Source: a virus (lineage: Duplodnaviria > Caudoviricetes). Taken from it: 58,606 nucleotides of DNA. The position numbers were made by a program, and so were the translations under genes. The notes under the pieces are model-generated. The model was not told the DNA's origin. It did not search any database and was given only the letters and a program-made list of their open reading frames with translations. Positions 18,742-27,082 of the stretch are shown here, piece after piece (position 1 is the stretch's first letter; each line of letters opens with the position of its first letter). The stretch is from positions 1 through 58,606 of the IMG/VR virus record IMGVR_UViG_3300027844_000607. One strand, 5' to 3'.

Positions 18742-18770
18742 ATAGTAACAGACGGCCGCCTCTCTGTCAA
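18742..18770 (-). promoter_or_regulatory. Sigma70-type promoter for gp55-gp47-gp46
   Basis: TTGACA-17 nt-TACTAT with extended TGn. Confidence 0.8.
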
Positions 18771-18801
18771 CTCATGCACCAAAGTTTGCCAACCCAAATT
18801 T

Positions 18802-18836
18802 GGGAAGAGGGGGGGGATAAAGGGGGGGGAGATGGG
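18802..18836 (+). other. G-tract element (G3-G8-G8-G3), G-quadruplex-capable
   Basis: GGGAAGAGGGGGGGGATAAAGGGGGGGGAGATGGG in non-coding DNA. Confidence 0.55.
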
Positions 18837-18858
18837 TCTTAATTATTATTAGGCCTTT

Positions 18859-18909
18859 ACTAGATCTAAATAAACTAGAACTTAAGAAACCAGATCTAAA
18901 GAAACTAGT
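18859..18909. repeat. Tandem 15-bp AT-rich repeats (3 full + 1 partial), iteron-like
   Basis: ACTAGATCTAAATAA / ACTAGAACTTAAGAA / ACCAGATCTAAAGAA / ACTAGT. Confidence 0.75.
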
Positions 18910-19115
18910 GCCCGTAGGGAAACTCGCGGCATCGCTACGCGTCGTTTTAGGCGGCTCAAAATACGCTACCCTTAGCTGACTATACATGCGTGTCTGTTTT
19001 TGCGCCTAGCGAGCGGCTAAGACGGTCTAAGACATACTCCACACATTTATTCAACCCCATAAAATGACTTCAGCTACATCAGACTGGATTTTTGGAATAT
19101 CGGCATACTTGTCCA

Positions 19116-20579
19116 CTAGTGTTTTTTTTCCTTTGAAATAGTATGCATCCATTGATCAAGATCGAGTTGGAGCAACGTATATGGAAATTCCTCTGCGGCG
19201 TAATACTGCACCCGCTGTTCGGCATGTCGAAATGTGTGATTGACGGATGCGCCGATCCGGAGGTCATCTACAAAATCAATTAAGGTGGCATAAGATTTGG
19301 TGGCATGCAACCGCAAACTCCGACCAATAGACTGAAGAACCCGAATCTTGCTTTTTGACGGGCTAGCGAATATAATCATATGAAGGTTGGGAATGTTAAC
19401 ACCGGTTGCCATGGTCCCATATGACGCCACAATAATTTGTTGTTCTCCATTGGTGACCCATTGACGAATTCGTTCACGTTCATCCGCAACCACTTCACCC
19501 GAAACAAAATGCACACCGCGGTCTGGTGCCAGTTCTTGTATACGTTGATACAACGGCTTCCCATGCTTCTCGACAAAGTTGAAAAGCACCAACACATTCC
19601 CTTTGGCATTCGCTGCCATCTGCGACACGATCTCCAAACGTGTGGGATGCGTGACCAGAAATTCTACCTCATCCTGATACAACGATTTTCGAAAATCTTT
19701 ACACACATCAGGTGGATATGTCAACACACACATTTTCACTCGCAACGGCGTCAGATCTTTACTTGCGACCAAGTCTTTGGTGGTCGTAACTTTCGTCACA
19801 CTGCCAAAGAGGCCTTCCAGAATAAGTCTATGCGCTTGTGTGTCATCCAACGTGCCGGTGAAACCGAAACGGTACGGCGATTGCGTACACTTTTCCAACA
19901 ACCCCGTCAACGACTTGGCTTTTGCTAGATGGACCTCATCCACAATGACACAACGGAATTGGCCGAAATAGTTTTGGGGCAGATCGTAAATGGATTGCCA
20001 TGTAGATACTACGACCTTTGCGGTCACGTCTTTTGAACGACCGCCTTGAATAGTTTGTACCTCCGCAACATCCATGCCGTAAGATGCGAAGTCCGACACC
20101 ATCTGTGCCACAAGCCCGGTGGTTGGGACCACAATCAACGTGGGTTCATCCAACATACGCATCAATAAATAAATGATCAAGGACTTGCCACTACCCGTAG
20201 GGGACAAGACAATACCACGTTTGTCCCGTAGCATCGCCTCAATCGCTTGTAGTTGATAGACCCGTGGGGTTAGGGGTAACTCATGCACCAACGCCTCAAG
20301 CGCACTGTGGACGAGATCTGACGGGGTGTGTGGTACGTCGTTGGTAACAGGGTAACTACGTTGTTGAGCAAACTCTAACACACGCGGCAGCAAACCACGA
20401 TAAATGAGATGTCCCCGAAGTTTGAAGAGGTGGATCTTGCCCGTCCAGTGCCGCTTCTTGAATGCAGGCATGAACTTGGCGCCCGGAATTTCATATGAAA
20501 AATAATCACTCAATTCGTGCGCGATGTGGTCATCACAATCAATGCGGATCCACACATCATTCACGGGCACAATATTCAT
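19116..20579 (-). CDS. uvsW: SF2 RNA-DNA/DNA helicase
   Basis: SPTGSGKS, VDEVH, GFTGT, VLQSIGRSLR; ATAAATA at 20585-20591 just before ATG 20579. Confidence 0.95.
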   Translation of the reverse strand: MNIVPVNDVWIRIDCDDHIAHELSDYFSYEIPGAKFMPAFKKRHWTGKIHLFKLRGHLIYRGLLPRVLEFAQQRSYPVTNDVPHTPSDLVHSALEALVHELPLTPRVYQLQAIEAMLRDKRGIVLSPTGSGKSLIIYLLMRMLDEPTLIVVPTTGLVAQMVSDFASYGMDVAEVQTIQGGRSKDVTAKVVVSTWQSIYDLPQNYFGQFRCVIVDEVHLAKAKSLTGLLEKCTQSPYRFGFTGTLDDTQAHRLILEGLFGSVTKVTTTKDLVASKDLTPLRVKMCVLTYPPDVCKDFRKSLYQDEVEFLVTHPTRLEIVSQMAANAKGNVLVLFNFVEKHGKPLYQRIQELAPDRGVHFVSGEVVADERERIRQWVTNGEQQIIVASYGTMATGVNIPNLHMIIFASPSKSKIRVLQSIGRSLRLHATKSYATLIDFVDDLRIGASVNHTFRHAEQRVQYYAAEEFPYTLLQLDLDQWMHTISKEKKH

Positions 20580-20613
20580 ATGCTTATTTATGGGTGGACT
20601 AACTACGTCATAT

Positions 20614-21411
20614 ATGAAAATCTTTGATTGCATTACGTTTTATCGCGAACTTGAATTACTTGATCTTCGACTTATGGAACTCTATGACGTGGTGGATCAT
20701 TTCGTTATTGTCGAAGCAACTCGTACGCATCAAGGTCGACCTCATGAGCCTGTGTTTCATACTCACCGAGAACGATTCGCACCCTATCTCGACAAGATCA
20801 TTCATGTGCTTGTCGAGGACTTGCCTGTTTACAAACATCAAACCAAAACGGTGCGTTCTCGGACTGGTTATGTTCCGTATGCGGATTGGCGCCCGGAACA
20901 TTTCAGCCGGAACGCCATTCAACGCGGACTTGACCGAGGCGGTGCCGCGTTCGGGGATCGCATTCTCATTTCAGACTCAGATGAAATTCCCTCTCGCGAC
21001 ATGGTGCTGGCCGAAGCGCCACGGCCAGAAAACGTAGCGTTCATTCATGATCTCTATTACTATTATATCAATACCAAGTGGGTTGCGGATCAGTGGCACG
21101 GAACAGTGATGGTCACATACGGCAGCGTTCCGTCATGTCAATATGCACGGGATCATAAACGGAAGATGCGACGAAAGGTGCTAGACGGCATTCATTGTTC
21201 GTATGCGGGTGTTGTTGAAGAGATCACGGCGAAGTTGGAGAACTTTACACACGCTCACGAATATGGATCGGCCGAGAAAACGAAACTCGCGCAGCGCCGC
21301 GCTGCTCTGATTGATCCACTGGGTCGCGGACCATTAACCGTCGTGTCGCCACCCGCATTTCACGCGATGCCTGCGTTCACAGAGAAATACCCGCACTTTG
21401 TTTATCGCTAA
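20614..21411 (+). CDS. GT17-family (MGAT3/GnT-III-like) glycosyltransferase
   Basis: MKIFDCITFYRELELLDLRLMELYDVVDHFVIVEA...TH, ISDSDEIP and HCSY are family hallmarks; start reassigned to ATG 20614. Confidence 0.8.
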   Translation: MKIFDCITFYRELELLDLRLMELYDVVDHFVIVEATRTHQGRPHEPVFHTHRERFAPYLDKIIHVLVEDLPVYKHQTKTVRSRTGYVPYADWRPEHFSRNAIQRGLDRGGAAFGDRILISDSDEIPSRDMVLAEAPRPENVAFIHDLYYYYINTKWVADQWHGTVMVTYGSVPSCQYARDHKRKMRRKVLDGIHCSYAGVVEEITAKLENFTHAHEYGSAEKTKLAQRRAALIDPLGRGPLTVVSPPAFHAMPAFTEKYPHFVYR

Positions 21412-21817
21412 TTTCGCTTTCGCTTTCGCTCTCTTCCGCTTGCTTCTTCTTGTAGTTGTCAATCGCGGCCTTGATCGCATCTTCGGCAAGCACCGAGCAA
21501 TGAATTTTTACTGGCGGGAGTGCTAGTTCGGTAACGATGTCGGTGTTCTTGATGTCCATTGCCTCTTGGACGGTTTTGCCCTTGAGCCACTCTGTCGCCA
21601 GACTGGAACTGGCAATTGCAGAACCACACCCAAACGTCTTGAACTTTGCGTCATCGATGATGCCCGTCTTTGGATTGATCTGCACCTGTAGCTTCATGAC
21701 ATCACCGCACTCTGGCGCACCAACTAAACCGGTGCCCACGTTCATGTCATTCTTTGGAAGCGAGCCGACGTTGCGCGGATGCTCGTAGTGGTCAATCACC
21801 TTATCTGAGTAAGCCAT
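21377..21817 (-). CDS. iscU: Fe-S cluster scaffold protein
   Basis: MAYSDKVIDHYEHPRNVG, APECGDVM, FKTFGCGSAIASSS, LPPVKIHCS. Confidence 0.96.
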   Translation of the reverse strand: MAYSDKVIDHYEHPRNVGSLPKNDMNVGTGLVGAPECGDVMKLQVQINPKTGIIDDAKFKTFGCGSAIASSSLATEWLKGKTVQEAMDIKNTDIVTELALPPVKIHCSVLAEDAIKAAIDNYKKKQAEESESESEISDKQSAGISL

Positions 21818-21837
21818 GTCTTTGTTTCCCTCTGTCG

Positions 21838-22650
21838 TTAATTAGGTTCGTCATCCGGCGCGCCGCGGGAAAGTATGTGAACGGGTCGAGCATAACGGAC
21901 CCCGCTGCTGCTGCCTTTGTGGAGAAGTATCCATATTTCATCTTTCGTCAACCACTCAATACCCTCATTCGCGACAAGCACATTGTTGCGAATGTTCTCA
22001 TCATAGATCGCCGTCGCTTTTGCGTGGGCCTCCTCGCGTGTTAGCTGAAGGCGATAGTGTTCGAGTTTTTGCTTCCACGGCGTACGAATCATATCCAACA
22101 TGTTGTCTAGATCGTACGTGCCCTGTGTCAGCCCGCGGCGTAACAGTCGCAACAGGAGATCTTTATCTTCTCGGCCGTAGAATTCGAACCTCTCGTCAAA
22201 GCCGCCTGCTGCGTATAACAAGTCACGTCGAGTGGTGAATATTCCGATGTATCCCGTGGTTTGTGACCGCAGCAGATCACATTGTGTTTCCATCAAGCGT
22301 GTGCGAATGGCTTGAAAGAAGTTCTCGCGGGGGAGAATGTCCGTTGCGCTAAGGATGACGTATTCACCATCGGATACCCGTAACGAAAGGTTTCGAGCAT
22401 TAGCCATGTGGTAGTGGTCACGGTCGCGATAGATGACATGGACAAATTGATTTGGTGCGTCCAATTTATGTAACCACGGCGAGAGCATCGGTGCGAGTGA
22501 TGGCTGCTTACCGTAGTCTACAATTATGATCTCTACGGGCGGGCTCGCGTTCGCCGCAGTGATGATGTGCGGAAGCGCCTGTTCTAAATCATCCTCGCGT
22601 TGATGACACGGAATCGTGTAACTAAGTAGCGCGTTCGTAGTATTTATCAT
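21838..22650 (-). CDS. GT2-family glycosyltransferase
   Basis: SYTIPCH, IIIVDYG, ARNL, GGFDERFEFYGREDKDL. Confidence 0.8.
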   Translation of the reverse strand: MINTTNALLSYTIPCHQREDDLEQALPHIITAANASPPVEIIIVDYGKQPSLAPMLSPWLHKLDAPNQFVHVIYRDRDHYHMANARNLSLRVSDGEYVILSATDILPRENFFQAIRTRLMETQCDLLRSQTTGYIGIFTTRRDLLYAAGGFDERFEFYGREDKDLLLRLLRRGLTQGTYDLDNMLDMIRTPWKQKLEHYRLQLTREEAHAKATAIYDENIRNNVLVANEGIEWLTKDEIWILLHKGSSSGVRYARPVHILSRGAPDDEPN

Positions 22651-23257
22651 GAGGATGACGCTGTGGTTCCGCCGTGCGCTTCATGGTGTTATTGGCGAGA
22701 CATATTGGACAGGTGTGCGATGACATTGGCGACAGGCGAGTTTCCGGATCCGGCATGGTGTGTCCCTGTTTACACACATAACCCATAATGCGAGCGGGGT
22801 TACCGCAAACGAGCGTATGCGTTGGAACAGAACGTGTCACAACCGCCCCTGCCGCGATCATCGCATATTCACCAATAACTATGTTGGCGAGGATGGTAGA
22901 GTGGGCTCCCAGTGACGCGCCTTTCTTGACAGTGGTGTATGCGGGTTCCCAGGGCCCAAATGCGCGTGGCGTGAGGTCGTTGGTGAAGGCGACGTGGGGA
23001 CCGACAAAGACATCATCTTCTAATATCACACCATTGTAGACAGACACGCCGTTCTGAATTTTACAGCGATCACCGATCACTACACCGGTATCAATGTAAG
23101 CGTCTTTACCAATAATACACTCTGCACCTATTTTTGCTCCCGCACGAATATGTGCGAAATGCCAAACGTGCGTGTTCTCACCAATGGTAGCGCCAGATTC
23201 GACAATCGCGGTAGAATGAATTGCCATTTGTGCTTTTAACCATTCCAATGTTGACAT
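22622..23257 (-). CDS. Hexapeptide-repeat sugar N-acetyltransferase (WbpD/WlbB-like)
   Basis: IHSTAIVESGATIGENTHVWHF, CKIQNGVSVY, FTND, GNPAR; start reassigned to 23257. Confidence 0.88.
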   Translation of the reverse strand: MSTLEWLKAQMAIHSTAIVESGATIGENTHVWHFAHIRAGAKIGAECIIGKDAYIDTGVVIGDRCKIQNGVSVYNGVILEDDVFVGPHVAFTNDLTPRAFGPWEPAYTTVKKGASLGAHSTILANIVIGEYAMIAAGAVVTRSVPTHTLVCGNPARIMGYVCKQGHTMPDPETRLSPMSSHTCPICLANNTMKRTAEPQRHPHDKYYERAT

Positions 23258-23259
23258 TA

Positions 23260-23694
23260 TTATGTTCCGTGCTTGAACCGTAGGAAGTCGATACAGTTCT
23301 TGATATGATAGTTTCTCTGATGAATCTGTTTTAGAACATCTTCGATGAACCGCAGAACCTCTTCCAAATACACTTTCTTCTTTAGTGCATCCTGTATACC
23401 GGCGTCGCCTTCGATGTAGATCCCGACATTTTGTGAGAGAATTTTTAGCGCCAATGGCGGCCACCCGAGCGTCTCGCGTTCGGCGTCATCCATCTTGCCA
23501 AGAAAGTACTCCCACTTCTGCCGGTAGATTACCTTGTAATCGCTGTCGAGCTTCTTAAACCGCAGTCGTTCGGTGGTGTAGTATCTCCACCATTTGGCGT
23601 GAAGGAGCGGTACGTTTCGCGCCGACTCATCAAGCGCAGATAGGTCAAGCACGGCGTCATCTTTCCATGTATCAAGATATTGATCGAGCGTCAT
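23260..23694 (-). CDS. uvsY: Recombination mediator
   Basis: WKDD...ESARNVPLLHAKW...KWEYFLGK...RNYHIKNCIDFLRFKHG. Confidence 0.9.
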   Translation of the reverse strand: MTLDQYLDTWKDDAVLDLSALDESARNVPLLHAKWWRYYTTERLRFKKLDSDYKVIYRQKWEYFLGKMDDAERETLGWPPLALKILSQNVGIYIEGDAGIQDALKKKVYLEEVLRFIEDVLKQIHQRNYHIKNCIDFLRFKHGT

Positions 23695-23706
23695 GGGTAT
23701 ATGATA

Positions 23707-24273
23707 TCACATAAACGTCTTAACTTCAAATGATGAACAGGAGAACGTACAGGTCGTTGTGAGTATTGGCGAATCGCTCTCGCTGGTGCTGAACTCTACT
23801 GCCGACATTCCCATTGGGAAGAGTTCTTCAAGTAAAATTTCTGCCACTATCGCACCCGTATCTGGTTGCAATATTATTAGTGTTCCCCGAGTCTTTTCCA
23901 AGTCAACCGCATGGGCCCGTGGATTGCCCTGTAATGTGAGTTGCTGGGCACGAAAGTTCTCGACTTCTTCAAAGTTGTGAGGAAATCCAACCCCCTTCAT
24001 CCAGTAGTACAGGCTGAAGTAGTTCTTAAACTTGGCATCAATGAGATAGGTAACCTCGACGCTGCCGTAGGTCAGTTGGGTGCCAGGATGATGAATCGCG
24101 TGGAACGGATTGGGTTGTGTGGCCACCCCAAGATCCACATTCGGAATACTCACCTTCTGCACAAAGAACGACAAGTCCGGCAACCGTTCAATTTCAAACT
24201 TGAAATGGTTGGCGTACAGCGTATTCTGTGTTTGTTGAAACTCCGAGGGGGTGTATGTTTGTGCTACTTCCAT
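23707..24273 (-). CDS. gp3: Tail tube terminator / tail completion protein
   Basis: FKFEIERLP...FFVQKVSIP...PG..LTY...YLIDAKFKNY...WM; next to uvsY as in related phages; CTAAATA at 24280-24286. Confidence 0.8.
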   Translation of the reverse strand: MEVAQTYTPSEFQQTQNTLYANHFKFEIERLPDLSFFVQKVSIPNVDLGVATQPNPFHAIHHPGTQLTYGSVEVTYLIDAKFKNYFSLYYWMKGVGFPHNFEEVENFRAQQLTLQGNPRAHAVDLEKTRGTLIILQPDTGAIVAEILLEELFPMGMSAVEFSTSESDSPILTTTCTFSCSSFEVKTFM

Positions 24274-24290
24274 GTATGATATTTAGTTGA

Positions 24291-24644
24291 TCATAGCAAT
24301 GTCGGTGTGCCCTTCACGTATTTGATTTTGCGGTTAATATATCCCCACGGACAGGCATCCGTGTGCCCCTGCGCTCGGAGCATCTTACAGTGCCAACATC
24401 GGATGTTTCCTTCCGACACCAATCCCTTTTCTAACTTCTCCACCACATACGGTGATTCTGAGTCGTGTAGATGGAAGTGTCGAATAAGTTGGTCAATATG
24501 GACCGTCATCAAATTGTATTGGCGCTTCTGTTCATCGTAGTCGAGACGAAGTGGTGTAATTTTTTGCCACAGCACACATGCTGCGATGCCCAACCCAATT
24601 GATGTTACAAGTAAGAGCGAAGTAAGACTAATCCATCCCCACAT
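24291..24644 (-). CDS. Hypothetical membrane-anchored protein with Cys/His cluster
   Basis: N-terminal hydrophobic helix, CWHC...HTDAC; SD AAGGA. Confidence 0.55.
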   Translation of the reverse strand: MWGWISLTSLLLVTSIGLGIAACVLWQKITPLRLDYDEQKRQYNLMTVHIDQLIRHFHLHDSESPYVVEKLEKGLVSEGNIRCWHCKMLRAQGHTDACPWGYINRKIKYVKGTPTLL

Positions 24645-24656
24645 ATATTATCCTTA

Positions 24657-24696
24657 AAAATATGTCGTGACAGCCAGAAGGCCGCCACGACATATG
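24657..24696 (-). terminator. Rho-independent terminator after gp32
   Basis: Minus strand ATATGTCGTGGCGGCC-TTCT-GGCTGTCACGACATAT-TTTT. Confidence 0.8.
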
Positions 24697-24724
24697 TAGT
24701 CACCGTCTGTTCGTGTAAACGAAC

Positions 24725-25675
24725 TTACTCATCATCATTCAACACATCAGCAAAGAACTTCTTCACATCATCATCATCGTCATCCGCTACCGCGGCTTTT
24801 GGCGCAACGGCTTGCGTGGTTTTTCCCACGGTTGTCGAGGCGCTCTTGGGTTGTACCGCCGGTTTAGAGACTGGGAGTTCGGCGTCTCGCTCGATGGAGT
24901 CTTCGGCGGTTCGGGGGGCGTTTCCGGTGTCACCGAAGAGGGTTCGGTTGAATCGCTTTTCAAGCTCGCTGTAGTCTTTGAACTGCGATTCGTGAGTGAA
25001 CTCCGTGAGTGAGTGTTCCCCCTCCCACGTTGTTTCTTTCTTCGCATCGTCGCCATCAAAAAGTTCAATCGGCTCAGTGAACTCTGACTTGTCATAGTTC
25101 TGATATCCTGCAACTTTCTGAGATTTCAGTTTGAAATCGCATCCTTCCCACAGATCGAACGGGTTTGCCGGCTTCTGATCAGGAAACTGTGGTTCCAAAA
25201 GTTCCATGATCTTCGTGTGGATTCTCGGGCCGTACTTGAACAGAAACGCCGAGCCGTTATTCTCGGGGTGTGCGTCGTCTTCAATAACCAGAATGTTACT
25301 GATGTAACTCTGCTTCCGCTTACGGTCACGGGCGATGCTCTTGTCGGACTCTACACCAGAGTTCCAGAGCTTGTTGTTACCCTTACACACAGGGCACGGC
25401 CGATCCGACAATGTCGTTGGGCAGTTCTCGATGAACCACGATCCCGATTCCGACTTGAATCCGTGAGCAAAGAGACGCGCCCATGGAATTTCTTCACCCT
25501 TTGGGGCAGGCAGAAAGCGAATCTTCGCGAATCCGATGCCCGTCTTGGCGTCTACCGACAGCTTCCAAAAGCGTTCGTCGGCACTACGTTTGGTGCTGGT
25601 TTTCTTGACTTCTTCGGCGAGCTTGGAGAGGAGATCCTTGCGGTTGTTGCGGAGGGTCGTAAAGTTTGTAGCCAT
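24725..25675 (-). CDS. gp32: Single-stranded DNA-binding protein
   Basis: DERFWK, IRFLPA, HGFK...WFIENCPTT..CPVC, NPFDLWEG, NYDKSEF, acidic tail; CTAAATA at 25728-25734. Confidence 0.97.
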   Translation of the reverse strand: MATNFTTLRNNRKDLLSKLAEEVKKTSTKRSADERFWKLSVDAKTGIGFAKIRFLPAPKGEEIPWARLFAHGFKSESGSWFIENCPTTLSDRPCPVCKGNNKLWNSGVESDKSIARDRKRKQSYISNILVIEDDAHPENNGSAFLFKYGPRIHTKIMELLEPQFPDQKPANPFDLWEGCDFKLKSQKVAGYQNYDKSEFTEPIELFDGDDAKKETTWEGEHSLTEFTHESQFKDYSELEKRFNRTLFGDTGNAPRTAEDSIERDAELPVSKPAVQPKSASTTVGKTTQAVAPKAAVADDDDDDVKKFFADVLNDDE

Positions 25676-25734
25676 AGTATCCTTTTCGTTATATTTTCTG
25701 TGTACGGTGTATGACGTATTGTATCATTATTTAG

Positions 25735-26430
25735 TTACGAGAACAACTGGTATTCTTCCTGCTCTGGCGTGAGTGACGATAGCCGATACGACGCCCAGAA
25801 CGCATCGGCAAGTTTGTGTGTCATCTGCCGCCATGATGGGCGTACCAGATTGAGGAGTTGATCTGCTTTACGAAGGCGCGTCAGCCATGGCATCACACCT
25901 AGTGACGATTTCTTCCCCTCGCGGCGCTCCCAATACACTGGCCAATTATATCCCTTGTCCGGTTGTGGAATCAAGAGCAGGAGACACGCAAGATCCAACG
26001 GCAGGATTCGGCTCATCACTTCGCTGAGACTGGTTGGCATCACGGATCGCTGCCCGTCAATCATCGGTGCGTACAGCCATTCATCCAGCAACCGTGGTTT
26101 CAGGCGTTTCCGCACCTCATAGAGATCGTGTTTCAATACCGTAATCCCGTTCTCTGCGCGAGATGATAACGCAATGCCCGCATCTACCGCCTCGGGCGTG
26201 ACAACATCAGTGATGTACGCAGTTGGCTTGAAGAAGTGTGTCATCAATAACGTGGCATGGATCTGCTCATCGTTGAGCTTGGTCGAGAGTCTGTAGTAGA
26301 ACTGCCTGTCCCGCTGTTGAATGAGCGGGCCGGTTTTGATGTGCCCTCGGTATTTGATGAAGTCGTAGGTGTCGGTGCTGAAGTACATACGGTACGCCTT
26401 CGCCAACGTGAAGACATGTTCTGGCGACAT
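25735..26430 (-). CDS. gp59: Helicase loader
   Basis: YDFIKYRG...RDRQFYYRLS; canonical position between gp33 and gp32. Confidence 0.75.
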   Translation of the reverse strand: MSPEHVFTLAKAYRMYFSTDTYDFIKYRGHIKTGPLIQQRDRQFYYRLSTKLNDEQIHATLLMTHFFKPTAYITDVVTPEAVDAGIALSSRAENGITVLKHDLYEVRKRLKPRLLDEWLYAPMIDGQRSVMPTSLSEVMSRILPLDLACLLLLIPQPDKGYNWPVYWERREGKKSSLGVMPWLTRLRKADQLLNLVRPSWRQMTHKLADAFWASYRLSSLTPEQEEYQLFS

Positions 26431-26666
26431 TAACCGGGCAATTCATTGTTTTTCGGAATCAGGTGGAGCCGTTGGGCATCTTGTGTCAGCCCATATTTGA
26501 TTTTATCACCAATCAATGGCACGACGGCGTCTACGTCGAGTTGTCGCGACTCGCAGTAGTATATGATCGCGTCGATGTACGAGAGCCGTTTCTCAGCCAC
26601 AAGATTCTGAATGTGGAGGGTGAGTTGTTCGGACGTAAGATGTGTCACTGCCATAATGATTCTCAA
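26430..26666 (-). CDS. gp33: Late-transcription co-activator
   Basis: LSYIDAIIYYCE...LIGDKIK...DAQRLHLI; upstream of gp59. Confidence 0.85.
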   Translation of the reverse strand: MRIIMAVTHLTSEQLTLHIQNLVAEKRLSYIDAIIYYCESRQLDVDAVVPLIGDKIKYGLTQDAQRLHLIPKNNELPG

Positions 26667-26669
26667 AAA

Positions 26670-27077
26670 GGTGCTGGTTTCTGTTGCCAGGAGAGCCAGC
26701 GTCCCCGCTACACTATTCCTAGTCTAGCAATTTGCGACCAACTAGGCCGCGAGTGCGAACTGGTTATCAGTTCTGTGTGTCTCTGTTTTACGACAGCGAC
26801 TTGTCGATAGCCTCCCCGCGTTCGCACAGTTCCCGTCGAATCTATTTCGCCCCCATCAAAAAAAGATTAGATAAACTACGCCGCTGAGGAGAAATATATC
26901 CGCGCAAATGGACCATACCATATATGCTCTGAGCAGCCACTTGCTTACCTCTTGGGCTAGGGGGTTCTTCATTGTTAAGCCCCTGTAGTTCTTTTTTCAC
27001 GCTAATCTCCTTTTGGTGGAGGCGGCCGGTACTGCCCCGGCGTCCGAAAACCGTTGTCCGCGCTTCAACGACTACAG
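26670..27077 (-). ncRNA. ssrA: Circularly permuted (two-piece) tmRNA gene: acceptor piece ~27077-27014, intervening segment 27013-26855, coding piece 26854-~26670
   Basis: On the minus strand GGAC-GCCGG-GGCAGTA-CCGGC-CGCCTCC-A-CCA comes BEFORE GGGGGCG-AAATAGATTCGAC. The two form a 7-bp acceptor stem with G3-U70. Tag frame 26771-26742 reads (T)DNQFALAA-stop, and the coding piece ends CCTGGCAACAGAA. Outer ends are approximate. Confidence 0.92.
26856..26972 (-). CDS. 38-aa putative membrane peptide inside the tmRNA intervening segment
   Basis: Translated by hand (below the ORF-track cut-off): MKNPLAQEVSKWLLRAYMVWSICADIFLLSGVVYLIFF; stop falls 1 nt before the tmRNA 5' G. Confidence 0.55.
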   Translation of the reverse strand: MKNPLAQEVSKWLLRAYMVWSICADIFLLSGVVYLIFF

Positions 27078-27082
27078 AAGTA

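Noticed and set aside
18772-18987. 71-aa ORF across the G-tract/repeat region
   Set aside because: Low-complexity translation of the repeats, with no SD; better explained as a non-coding element.
26855-27013. Group I intron or integrated element interrupting a normal tmRNA
   Set aside because: The 3' half precedes the 5' half, which is permutation rather than interruption; the segment is too short and no integrase is adjacent.
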